Assembly (NCBI GenBank): GCA_040954595.2
Contig: CM082576.2
Span: 2,144,760-2,208,759 of the forward strand
Length of the DNA: 64,000 bases
Direction: 5' to 3'
From: Balanoglossus misakiensis
Taxonomy: Eukaryota > Animalia > Hemichordata
The position numbers and the translations under genes were made by a program. The notes under the pieces were generated by a model. That model worked only from the letters and a program-made list of their open reading frames with translations. It had not been told where the DNA came from and ran no database searches. Of this stretch, positions 28,701 to 41,428 are shown piece after piece. The stretch's first letter is position 1. Each line of letters starts with the position of its first letter.

Positions 28701-31700
28701 CTTCCCTTTGTTGTGCAGTGACCGTGGGACATCTCCTCTCTGAGGCAAACCTGTTTGTGACTTTCCATCTAATCTATAAACAGCACTCAAAATCACTACC
28801 TATACAATCGGATGCCGTTCCTGAAAAAACTCGAATGGCATTTATCAGTAGGTTTCTCGCCTGAATTACGGCACTGACCCCCTCCCTCCTTTATGCGACT
28901 GCCCGTGCACTGACCCCCCTCCCTCCATTGTGCGACTGCCCACCCATTTCCAATCCAACACAGCCCTAGTTACCAGGACACAACAACGCCACTGAAAACA
29001 ATGTGATATCATTAGCCAGACACAATGCCCCTGACACATTGTGTCGCCATTGTCCCTTCCTCGCGTACATGGTGATAAAGGAAGATTTCTTACTAATGGC
29101 TACCTGGCTCACTGACTGTGGTGACCTTTTGGTCATGCTCCGACAAACTTACATCAGAAAGATTCATTGGAAAGCTAGCTGCCCTACATTTCAGATTTGT
29201 CTAACAATATGATTGCTACACAAACATTCATACTTGAGTCCATGTGTAAATAATCGTTTATTAATTGCCAAGTACCACATTATGGAAATTATCAAAGGAT
29301 AACTGATTTATAATGCATATTGTTGCAATGACAAACAGCATCTTCAACCCAATGGCCGCCTTCTCATATTCTGATCTGATTGGAAGATGATAAATGACAA
29401 AAAAGAACAGGTCCTTGAGTTTTCTGCAAGAAAAATGAATATGAATGTGTCACCATTTCCCTCCCACGGCCAAGGAATATTGGAGAAGAAAGGATTAATT
29501 TAGTCTTCTTGGAGGTGTTTACAATACACGGTCTCTCAAGGACAGCATAAATAAGATGTACAATATAGGAGACTTGAGAAAAGTCATGCATTTATCTCGA
29601 GTCACAGACATAATCCAGATGGATATGCAATGAGTAGAAAAATTTATTTTTAAATATGAAAATTAAAGGACATCTCTGGTACATATGTGTTTAAAGCTCC
29701 ATGTACTATACATAGATTCCTTTTTTTAGATGTTTTATTTTAGCAATATTAATTGATCAATCAATCAATTCTAAACATAAAATCAAGGATCAGTCATCTG
29801 AAATCAGGGCTAGAATAAACCCATAGAGGCAACTGGGATGCTTATTAAACAATTTGCTATTTTATTTTTAGCTCACTCTGATAATCTCATACATGAATTA
29901 TTAAAAGAGCAGCTCTTCTCAAGGACAAGCGTCCATATGATAAACAAGCATGGAATTTCAGCCTTGGTATGATTCAGTAATATCACTCAAACACTGGACT
30001 ACACCCCATTTTCTCCCCTGTTCCCAATCTGACAGCCTCCATTATTTACGACTGTTTTGAAGTATATCGCCATTTAATCACTTGTAAAGCTAAGGACATT
30101 CTGCAATTACCCAGTAATGCATTCCGGTCGCTAGGCAACTGTCAACACTGGTTAGTTTTGTTCAAAATTTTAATAAAAACCTGTGGAAACAACATATTAG
30201 CCCCAAGCTGGCCAGATTGTATTTTTATGCGTGTGTCTGTCTGTGTGTGTGTGTGTGCCTGTTTCTGTGTATATTATTAGCTAGGGATGCATGTACTGAT
30301 TATGGTAAAATCTGAGCTGTTTTTATTTCTTTGAGTGAAAGTACACTGCCTGTATATTATTAAAGAGAACAGTCTGACATTCAGAGTACAAATAGCAGGG
30401 GCACAATATTCAACCACCCCCTAAATGTCAAATGATGACCTAGGTCTATTTCTCGCTTTTTTTTCATTAGTTATCCAGGCTCAACCTGCAAATGTCACTT
30501 ATTGTCCCCGTCTCCACTCTCGTTTGGTTCAACCCTGTCATCTCCAAGGCAGTTTTGGACCTCTTCACACACAAAATGGGGGTGGGAAGATCAGGCTGGA
30601 GGATAGTTTTTCTCTCCTCCTGCTGACAAGTCTGAAAAATACACAGGCATCTGGGCTGAAAACCCCCAAAATGTTGCATCCTAGACCTCGTCACATTGAA
30701 AATGGGGTGGCAGGGTTAGACCAGCCATGGCAACTGCCATCTCCTGTAAAAAGCACATGTTTAAATCTGTCACACAACTCCCATCTCAATCAATGTATAC
30801 ATAATCCAATAATACAAGTCTATTTATAGCATCTGTTCATTACATTAATAGTTCTAACAGCTTTCAAAAGTTAAAATTGAACACAAGACACAAATGCAAA
30901 TATTTGCTGTTATAACAACCTGACATCAATCTATTTTTTTTCCTTCAGTGGGAGAGCTGAGAATCGAGTGGCCCCTGTCGAGAAGTCTTTTTTATCTGTA
31001 AAGTCATCAAAGTTTAATATGAGAATATATTAGAGTGTTTCCAAGAATAGATTGAAAAAGCGAGGGTCCCCCTGAGGTTGGGTTCTTCAACTGTTTATCA
31101 TAATTCTCTCTCTGCCCACTTCTTGATGTATAATTCATTGTCTACCTAAGGGGTATAACTTTTCAAGGTTTTCCACTAGTGGTTTGGTGGTTTGTTTGTT
31201 TGTTGTCTGTCTCATTTTTGGGTGGGGTCGGAGTATTATTGTGTTCTTTTTGCAAACTGTGGATTTTTAAAACTCAGAACCATTTCTTTCCTTCTTGAAA
31301 TTTTCAATCAAATTGTTTTTATGCTGATGGCTCGCAGACAGTCTGACAAATCAAAATAACATTATAAACTACAATATCTTTAGAAGAAATCAGTGAATGC
31401 AACAGTTCTTGTCTCTTGATAAAAGATATCAGTACTTGGCTGAAAGGAAGCCCCTAGATCCATGCATACTTTAAAATATAATCAATTGTATGCACCACAA
31501 TTCAAACACACACAATGACCACATTCATATCAAATATATAAATAAAGCATGAATAATTTGAATTGGGTCTTGTCAAAATAGCGACAGAAGTTGAACCCGC
31601 AAATACCTTTCAATTCAGACTGCACAGACAGTTCCATGGAATCCCAACAGTGCACTGGCAGTCTTGCTGAAAACTAGCCACATACAGTTTTCTTTTTCAG

Positions 31701-34700
31701 AGGAGTATATTCCCACCAAAGCTTTCCAATGTTACACACGTGTCAGCACCAGCTGAAAACCTTTAGTTTCCATTTTGGGAGTTTTTTTTATATAATATGA
31801 CTGACAATAACTGCTTTGATCACTACTCAGGTAGAATCATTTTCTAATTTCTATATACACTTAAAACATTTTTTTACAATACAGTGCTATTATTTTCCCG
31901 GGGATTTAGTGCTCAATGTGGGAAATGCATATTAACATACTTTCTATTTTTGGAAAAATCATTCTATCCGTAATAACTTGGGGGCAATATCCAAACACAA
32001 TCAATCTACCTCACTCCCCACCAGGCCTCTACATTTTTATTGAGTCACGTTTGGAAATAAAAGAGACAGACAGAAATGAAATAAAAATAGGCTTCTTCTG
32101 ATAGATGATTGAATGGGTGTTAAGTCAAACCAATGAAATGTACCCTCAACGTGTTATTAAAATGCATTAATTTTTTTTATTATTCATTAGTACACAGTAA
32201 ATATTAGCAAAATTGCTGACTCAACTTCCCTTTAAAAAAAGAAAACCCCACAGAAAAACCCCCACACCTGAAACAATTTGGCATAATTCAATTTGCCATG
32301 ATTAATCCTCGTGTCTGTAAGCATGAATAACAAGACAGAAGGGATTTACACTAAAATTGACTTGACCATAGTCCGCCGCGTCGCTGAAAGGAAATGAATA
32401 GGCCCCCATAGTAATTGACAAAGCTGATGGAAAAGCGTGGATATTGGAAAGAAATCAGGCTGGCTTCGTACTATTTAAAGCTGCAAGATACATGCGTCAT
32501 ATACATCGGCAAATTCATGGAAGCCGCGTTACAATCAGATACAAAAGTCTATTTTTACACTGCTAATACTTCGGCAAGCCCCAAACAAATCAGTTTTCAG
32601 CTTCTATTTTTGAATATGAAACCAGAAGGCCTTCAGTTGCTACGACAACAATCCCATCACTGTGCCTTGCTGACTGTACTACCAAAACTGGTTTCTGTAC
32701 AGCAAATCTGTATGTGATGCATTTTCCAAGGATTTTAATAGGTTTTTTTCCCGTAGGTTTCTAGTGATAACCATGTACAAAGCTCTGTGCTACTAACAAA
32801 TAACCAGTTCGTTCAAAATTTACAGGTAGAATGAAATATGGACAAACTACTTCTGGAAGCCACTGTCAACAGTCAATTCTTTCATTTTTCACATCTCTAA
32901 GCTGGCTTTTATCATTACTACAATTTAACTGCCTTATTTGCACAAGAATCCATTTCCTGATTGTAGATATTGATGGAGTGGAGTAGTCCCCACCAGTAAA
33001 ATATGAATAGCATTTCTAGAGTCATTTAAGCAAAGGAGAGTCAAGATAGCATGTAATCACACAAAGTCATGCCCAGAATATGATATGTCTCTTTATTGCA
33101 AAGGAAGTGGGTTCAGGGCCACAATAGAACACACACACTGCCCAGGTTCTTTTTCATGTTTACTCCACAGTTTATTGTAGCACAGGGGATCAGAAACAGT
33201 TTTCAAGGATTTCCAAGGAAACGATTTACCGGTAATTCCCCTCCCCACTTCCAAGAACTTTCCAGGAGGGGCTTAAGATTCCAGGGCTTTTCATGTGTGC
33301 ATAAATGTTACATATTTAGCCATCAAGACAAGTGTGTGTCAAAAGTATCCAGTCGTAGGTCTTTACTTGTTAAACAGGCAAACTCACCCGCAAATTTTTA
33401 TTATGCTTGATTGCCAATTTTTATGTTCACAGTAATTCTAAAGGGAAACTGGATAAACAGTAGTGTTTGTACATTCCATTATTTGAGCAAACACCGTAAA
33501 TTCAACACTGGAATTCAGCATTTAAATCACAGTCTCCACAGAACACTTGGTGCTCCATTTCGCGTGAATAATATGACGGCATGTGTGCTCCTGAACAAAT
33601 CGTGGGGAAAACCATCATAAACTTGGCCAGTCAAAACCAAAATTGTTGAAGTTTGGGCTGATTTGACAGGCTAAAAAATAATATATTCTGACAGCCTTTT
33701 AATACTGTCACCATGGCAGATTTGATTTCACCTTTTAGGAAGAGGGCAGTGTGATTTCTAAAACTTGGAGGGTTGATAATGGTGTCATTTCCAATCTGAC
33801 TGATTTCAAACAGCAAGGGATTTACTCCCATGAAATATGTTCATTTATTTTGCGTTGACAATAAGTCATAAACTAGGTGGCATTATTGCTGGGGCTTAAG
33901 TAGGTCAAGCATACAGACTAAAATCAGTCTCTGCACACAGATGTACATATAATTGAACAGGGATATATTAAGATACTGCTAAATAAATTCACTCAATCTG
34001 CCATTCGGACCTGTCACCGTGGCAACCTTTCAAACATTTTAAATGGCAACGCCATATCTATGTGAAATAGTGGGAGGGGTAATTTTTTTGGATTACTGAT
34101 ATTTTGGCTACTGATATTTTCTTCTCAGTAAAATATTTATGTATGTCTGTAACTCACTTAAGGCATATCATATGAAAAACAGTTCAAGGATTTTTTTTAT
34201 TGTTCTGCCATTACTACTACTAGGCAATATCAGCACATTCAGAAGTGTTCAGCTAAGGTATTTGTTTTTTAATAATAGGAATCTTGACGTCAAATGAGCG
34301 AGAACTGTTGCGTTGGAAGTGAAATTGCACTGCTACAAATGTATGCTATTCTCGCCAATCCAAAAATACCCTGCCGTCGACAAAATTAGCAACTCAACAA
34401 TTGCAAATATGTCACAAGCAGATGTATGGCAGGGAACCAAGTTACTCATTGTAAAGAGAAATTACTATGGATGTTTATGTCTGCAACAGTCAAGATGTGT
34501 AAAGCCGATCATACAGTGTGAATGGTTACACTTATTCTTTGCTTTTATGTTCTATTTATTCCCCCGCAATGGCTCCTGGTAACAGAGCGGCCATTGGTTG
34601 ATGTTGGTTACATGCTACACAGCAGCGACGGCAGTGCGTTGCTAGACATATCAACACACGGCCCCTATTTTGTTACCGCAACATTTTGTCAGGCGTCCGG

Positions 34701-36541
34701 TTTCTGTCAGTCCCCTTCATTTCTGCCACTGGCAGCTGGCAGGTTGAAACCACACACTGGAGCTGGTTTCAAATTACCAGGACCCAGCAGTCGACCCAAC
34801 CCCAGCTCCATGCTAAAGGACACCTGTTGCTAGCTGCAGGCAGGGTAGGCCTTCTGCCAAGCAGGGCCAGCCATGCCATCGGCCACCCCTGTGAAAGCAC
34901 CCACAACAAAAGTATGCTATTATAGTATATGCCACTATAAATGGCTCTGGCCATTATGTACTTTTCCTTGATGGTCTTTTTTTCACTCCTGACGCTATTC
35001 GTACACACTTGTTTATTCGTTTGTTAGGGTAATCAGGACAGGTATTTACTTGCTTCTGGTGGGGACCTATTGTCATTCTGGGCAATAAAATTCCATTGAT
35101 AATGCACTGGGCTGGCTCCTGTGTGTCAATAAATAAATCATTGTCCAATGAACTCTTTTCACTGAAGATTATTGCAGTAAACACACCCCAAGACCTTGTT
35201 TAACACTTGTTGGCAAATATATATGACAGGGGGAAAAGTTGGCACTAGTTCATTTTACTTCAATTGAACAAGTTCGTTGGCACAGTTCCCTTGTTCCTGA
35301 CAGCTTTTCTCTCTCTTTTTATTGCTGTTACTCACCTTATTTGCAAGGGATGTGGAGTAACAGCAAAGCATTTACCTTTTGAAAAGGCTTACTGGGGATG
35401 CCCATAGCAGAAACGCTGAAAGTGGTAAACAATTTGAACAAGTATCAATGTTTATGTTTACTTGATCACACTGTCATGCAATCAAATTCAGCTGCAATGA
35501 TTGTAGCGGGTGCTGCTTGGTTGATGATCTTCTTCGCACCACTACACCAGTCAACCTTGCAGCAACTGCTACAATCATTGCAGCTATATACTTTCCCCTG
35601 GGCTATCCCTATACCTACCTACTCAGCGTGGCGAAGAGTCCATTCTTACCACCAACAGCACAGATCACTTTAGGTTGCCTCCTTGGTTGGATACTGCTCC
35701 CCATCTGCTGTGAAAGTTGCACTCTCTCTTCAGGCACTAGCTGGTATTTCAGGGCTTTATTGATGAGCTCCTGGCAAGCATAGTCGTCCCGGATCAGCTG
35801 GTCTGCTTCGTAAGACTGGGTCAGAAACTTGACCGTCAGCAGAGGCAGGCGTATGCAGGACAGTAGTTTGGACAGATGTCGCCTCCTCTTGTTGATGTCG
35901 TATTTGATCCACTTCTCAAATGCGTGGAACACCGATTTCTCCGACTTGACGTTCAGATCGTTGCTTGACAACAACTCCGAGACTTCGTTCACCTCCAGCT
36001 GACAATATTCGTCAGTTTCCAAAACTTCTTCGAAGTGCTGACATATGTAACTGTATGTCTTGCGGTAAAGCTCGTTACATGCGTGGGTTTCTGCAAATTT
36101 GGCGATGCCGATGCAGTTGCTCGGGTGGAGCTGGCCTTCCAAGAAATCACAGCACTTCTTGGTGACCGATTTCAGTTGTAAGATGTTGGCGGCTGGGATG
36201 AGCGCCTGCACTGTGACCTGCGAGATGTGCACTTTTCCTGTATACGCGAAATCGACAAGCAATTTCATCGCCGATTCGTCTATAGATTTAAATTCGATCT
36301 CTTCCTTTTCTCTCTCACACATGTTTCCAGTAAACATGGCCTTAAAATACGGGCTACAACTTGCCAACACGGCCCGGTGGGCCCGTATTCGGCTCTCATC
36401 AATACGAAGCACAACATCGCAAAGTTCTTCCCGTTCCCTTAGTTCGTTCAATCCCTGGAGTAAATGTTCAGGATATAATTCAACCTCACCGATTGTCACC
36501 AGGCTGTTGGCGTTTTCAGCGTCTGCTTCCACACCATCCAT
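22773..36541 (-). CDS. KLHL28: Kelch-like protein 28 (BTB-BACK-Kelch), 573 aa
   Basis: Coding exons (minus): 36541-35619, 25704-25279, 23657-23449, 22936-22773 (TGA), phases consistent. BTB LCDVVL...AHRAVLASCSPYFKAMFTG, BACK domain, kelch repeats. KLHL28-like segments VICAVGGKNGLFATLS, DKRINFGIGV, GGHNGVSHLSSVERYDPH and C-terminal CRCNFGLAEL. Possible 5'UTR intron 36629-36760. Confidence 0.93.
23302..23385. mobile_element. 84-bp piggyBac-type mini-MITE in KLHL28 intron
   Basis: TTAA|CCCTTTAACC ... GGATGAAAGGG|TTAA: TTAA at 23298-23301 and 23386-23389, with CCC/GGG termini characteristic of piggyBac. Confidence 0.7.
28871..28941 (+). repeat. Two-copy ~36-bp tandem duplication
   Basis: GCACTGACCCCCTCCCTCCTTTATGCGACTGCCC (28871-28904) and GCACTGACCCCCCTCCCTCCATTGTGCGACTGCCC (28907-28941). 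Confidence 0.85.
30231..30257. repeat. (GT)n/(GTCT)n microsatellite
   Basis: gtgtgtctgtctgtgtgtgtgtgtgtg seen directly. Confidence 0.7.
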
Positions 36542-39101
36542 CGCGTTCTCTTCGTACACCGATCGTAAGGGCTGAGATGCGTTAAAACTACGAGTGTGTC
36601 TTCACCATAGTGCTACCGCAGCGATTGTCTAGCAATGAATGATGATAAATATCAATGAAAAGGTAACTTGGGGGAGACACTCCCCTGTCTGTAAGATTTA
36701 CAATACGGCCGCCTTTTCCTCGGTGAATCCTTTTCATAAAATATCAGCTTATCAACTTACGCGGAGAAAATGCCACTGAAACTTAAATATATATAACAAA
36801 GAGTTATATTTTTATGATTCATCGAACATTTCGCAGTCTACAAAAAATAATGCTCTACTGTTTGCATATGTTTGTCTGACTTAGGGGTTGTTCGTTGGCG
36901 ACTGCGCGTTGCGTGGATATGAACTGAGCTTCAAGATCACGAAGATCAACATCACTCGAAAGCTGGACCAGAGCAAGAGTAAGCGACTTTAAACTTGTAG
37001 TAAAGTTTGAATCACTTGTGTGATTTTTATTTAAGGCGTTATCTGAGTCCAGTTCCAAGATACGTTCAACAAAGGAGAACTTATAGGCCTACTTTGTAGT
37101 AGTTCCTAGTTGTCCGAGAAATCCACTTTATTAAATTTAGGCAACCGAAAAGCTGTGTAGTTTTGTTCAACTCACAAGTATAAACGTACCGACGCAACCC
37201 ATGTTATCATGCTCATAGCCCACAAAAATCCAACGTTGGGCCATGGATATTTTCCCAGTATTTTTGTTTTGGTTAGCAACTTTGATTTGTTCTTGTACTC
37301 TTCAAGCATAAAGAATTGTACTGCATTTGTTATTGTTGGAAATTGAATTATGGTCCGGACTTTAATTCGTTTGTCAAGAATAACAACTGCCGTTACTCAT
37401 ATACAAACTTTAATGAGCATTTCATAAAGCTATCCAGAGTTTTTGCGAAGTCTGAGGACATCAGTGGGTGAGCTGATGGAAAATTCGTGAGGACGCCACT
37501 CAAGAACTCGAGAACACAAACTTTTGTTTTGTGGAAGTGAGGGCGCTGTAAAATAATGATCTCCGAAAGACTTCAAAATAAAGGTCTCAGCTGATATCAT
37601 TGCGTTACCGACATGCTATACCTTCAAGTTGTGCCAACAAGTTCGAATGCTATCAGCTGCATAATTGTAGCCCGGAGGCGTGGGGTTACATGGTTAGGTA
37701 GGACTGGGACAAAATGGGCCTCGGAGCCATTCAAGCCGACCCTAACCCTAACCCCACTCCTGGAAACAATTAACTGTTTTGCAATTTGCAGATTGCCCCT
37801 CCCCTCTTTTAGGGAAAACAATATTTAACGTTTTGCATATATTTACCTGACATAAAATATAATCGTCACCGTATTAAACACTTTATGACATCCGAGTTTA
37901 AAAAATTTCTGCGTATTTCATAAAAAAATGCTTGGGGCTGAGAAACAAATATTTACTGTTTTTCCTATTGTTTACCACTGATATCGAAAATAATCGTTGG
38001 GATATTAATTACTTTATTAACTGCGTTTTAAAATCAGCCCTGCGTCTTTCGTAGAAAAAACTGCCCGGGGCTGGGTATTCTGTGTATGCTTTCATTTTCC
38101 GTGGGTGCTTAATCGTTGGTGGCGCGCGCGGAAAGCTTTATTGGAGATTGTACAGACGGGGATGGCGTATTACTATTAGTCAGATCGTGGCAAAACTAAA
38201 CCCCGCCAAATGATTAAGAATTCTTTAATGGAACCACGGAAGCGCAGATCCGCAGCAGGTTTCTAGTGAATGAAAATATCAGTGGCGAGTTTTAGCTCTT
38301 ACACCCGACTATACTTGGGTTGAAGATACGCAATGTGACGTCAAATGTTTTGTACTGAACTTCATACGCAGAAACCAGACGAATTTCTCAACAATAACTG
38401 CATGCGAGACATGGTTGAACTCTCGACCGACATTCAGATCCCGCATCATCAAGTTTTTTACCTTTATTTCATGCTTTGTACTGAAATAAATACCCCTATA
38501 CCCCTCCTGCATGCAGTTGGCGAAGGAAGGCGAGACGGCCTGTCTATTTTCCACTTCGTCGGAATGATAAATGCCGGTAATAGATGAAATAGAAGAGAAC
38601 GTGTCATTGACGTGATAGAGGCATATCGTCTAAACAATTACATCTATGATAGCTAGAGCACGGCAATGGCACCGAACATTATTGCGCCGATTTGAAATGC
38701 ATGATCACGGTGTCCATTTCATTAAAGCCTGTTCACTTTTGTCGCGTCGCCAGGTAACGAAGGTGCGTGCGTGCGCACCCAGTGAAAATCTCTACTTTCT
38801 TTACTGTAGGCCTAATATATCGGTGCCTGGTCTCATATATTTTGTTCTGTTCCTGCGATTTCTGGCTCTGCGAATTCAAAATCACTAGTGGTTTTGGAGT
38901 CGCATATGGCGATTTTGGTCTATAATGGCAAGCGAAGAAAATACAGCTAATGTCGTGACACACATCACGCACATGAATCAGGTCTTGGAGATCGTTTGAT
39001 GATACTGGATGTTTTGTGAAAGTGTTTCTCGATGGATTTAATTTGAAATTCACGAATTCCTTTGCGATCTGCTTTACAAGTAGCCAAGCCTGTTGTTTTG
39101 A

Positions 39102-39137
39102 TTGTTGCTGTTGTTGTTGTTGTTGTTGTTGTTGTTG
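39102..39137. repeat. (TTG)n microsatellite
   Basis: About 12 TTG units with one CTG interruption. Confidence 0.9.
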
Positions 39138-41359
39138 GTAGTGTAAAATAAAATTTAAACTTATATACCGCTGCTAATAGATGGCAGGAGCCATATGAAA
39201 TGTCTCAGGTCGGATTGCAGTAAAATGCGTCACTGTACGTTGTACTCGATGCTAAAAAAACACCATCGTGACGTTAAGCCCAGAAGCCTAATCTCGTGAC
39301 ATTGGGATTTACAGCCTCCGCATAAAGATGTACTTGAATTCATAGAACCGTGTCATAGCTACATACAACCTTCACCTTTTACGCAGAAATAGTTATTGGG
39401 AGAAATGCTTCTATGATCGTGTGTACCGGATTTTTATTATTTCAATAGGAGGGGGACAGTGCCCCCGGAGAATGCTATGTTGATGACGCGCGTGAATTTT
39501 TTACTGAGTGACTACTTTTATCACTGCCGAAAAAACGAACACAGAAAATGATTACTTAAACCAAGGCTATAACACGGGGCGGATATGTTGATGACATGAT
39601 TATGGCAATGAAAATCAGTGTGACTACTGCAGATTGACTCTTCTCGAACTTACAACTATATGCAGTGATTCAGAGAAATCGTCGTAGGCGCAGACACATG
39701 CATGAGTTGGACCACGGTAACTGTGTTGAATGACCGTGTCTGGAAAGGGGACTGAAATATGGCCATGTGGCATCTATGAAACAATTCACCTGACAATTTT
39801 ATCTTTTGCCCAAATCTTTAGAGTCATACTGAACAAAGTGTCAAAGCAGCTCCGCAACTGATATTGCAGTCATTTGGAAGGTGACGGGATGTTAGCAAAA
39901 TCGGTGATCATGACACAATCATCACAATGATTGTATTTCACGTTTCTACGACTATTCAGCGATCGCATATTATTGAATGAATCAATAAAAAACAGTGACG
40001 CGGCTCTAGTCTCCTATCCACATTGTAAAAGTCTGTTTGTTTGGGGTGGATTTGGGTATGCAAGTTTACTTGCCGACATGTTAGTAAAACTTAAATTTAA
40101 TCTGCTTCAGGAAATAATAGATTTCCTGGCGACGTCGAGGAAATCTAGTCATTGAGTCCCTAATTCTCGAGGTACACGACAGGAGTGTGTTCAAAATCTG
40201 CGGAATTACCGTTCAATGTTTTGTTTGGGATTTGTCGCACGATCGCTTGGACGGTAATCTTGTTATATGGTTAAAACGTAAATCGCACCGATTACTAAAC
40301 TGACTTATGTTGAGAAACAGCACAATGTGAACAACTCCCCCCTTCTCTCCTTCTCCACCCTCTCTCTCTCCCCACAAATAGTGGATAATTTCATTCTATT
40401 ACATAATTTCCAAAAACGGTTACCCCCCCCCCCCCAGTGAGAAACCACATGTGGGGAAATGCGATCGATCTAAAACCATAATAATGATCGGATGGTGTAA
40501 TAGCACATGAAAATGACAAACTCCACTATTTTCCAGTTGATCATAAATACACGAGGATGCTAATCATAATTCGATGACTGTGTTCCAAGCACCCGCGAGA
40601 GAAAATTTAATAATCTCACTTAGCGCAGTTCTGAACTCCCCGAAGGCCCAACTCGTGAGTAGTTTCCAATAACGAGGTAAAGTGGTAACCGCCATAAAAC
40701 AATTTCGCGCGCAACGGATTGTCAAATTTTTGAAGGTGTCACACTCATGAAGATAAATAAATAAACCGCCTAACAAACCGACAAGATATTAAATTTTAAA
40801 TTTATTTAATCAGTTTGTTCTTTTTTTGTTCGCGTATGTCGGTGTTTATAATACAGAACAAAAATTCTGAGCTGAAGTTTACGGTAGCAGTGCCTTCACC
40901 AACAGAACGGAAGCCACCGCTTTAAAAGCGAACTATTATATTTTGTCGCTGTGGGAATTTTATACCCTTCGGCCGGCCGAGCGAAAGCTTTTTCATTTAT
41001 GCAGTGGTTGCCCGGGAAACTGTACTTTTCTTTGAATACGAGCTTGGACGCTCAGAGTGTGTGTTCATGTTTTGATATTCGTCAAGGTGATACTTTTCAA
41101 AAAATTCCGTTTCCTCTACGTGTGAAATCTAACACCTGAAGGAAAAAAGTTTCACGCGGATGAAATTTATCGAGACTAACAATCGATAAGTAAGTGATTT
41201 TTTGGAAGAGTGGGGGAGGGTAGGAAAACCAATGAAATTAATCATAAAAACACCGCTTTTAAAAATATTATACTTCATATTCACTAGAAGTGTTACCGAT
41301 TCGTCAATAATGAAAAAGATACAGTTATCAAGTACATTGTATAAAGAATACGCGATGTG

Positions 41360-41428
41360 TGACGTCACTGCACGGGACTCTCTATATCCCACGCCCCTAC
41401 GCAAGCAAACCGCCTGTGTATGACGTCA
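41360..41428. promoter_or_regulatory. Candidate enhancer: paired full CRE palindromes around a KLF/SP box
   Basis: TGACGTCA at 41360-41367 and 41421-41428, with CCACGCCC at 41389-41396; ~3.4 kb upstream of the peptide-precursor gene. Confidence 0.45.

Noticed and set aside
28871-28941. ~36-bp repeat of CRISPR-like length
   Set aside because: Two adjacent copies with no spacer, no cas genes, and a eukaryotic intron context.
37740-37755. CCCTAACCCTAACCCC telomere-like repeat
   Set aside because: Only about two and a half units; common in repeats and not an interstitial telomere.
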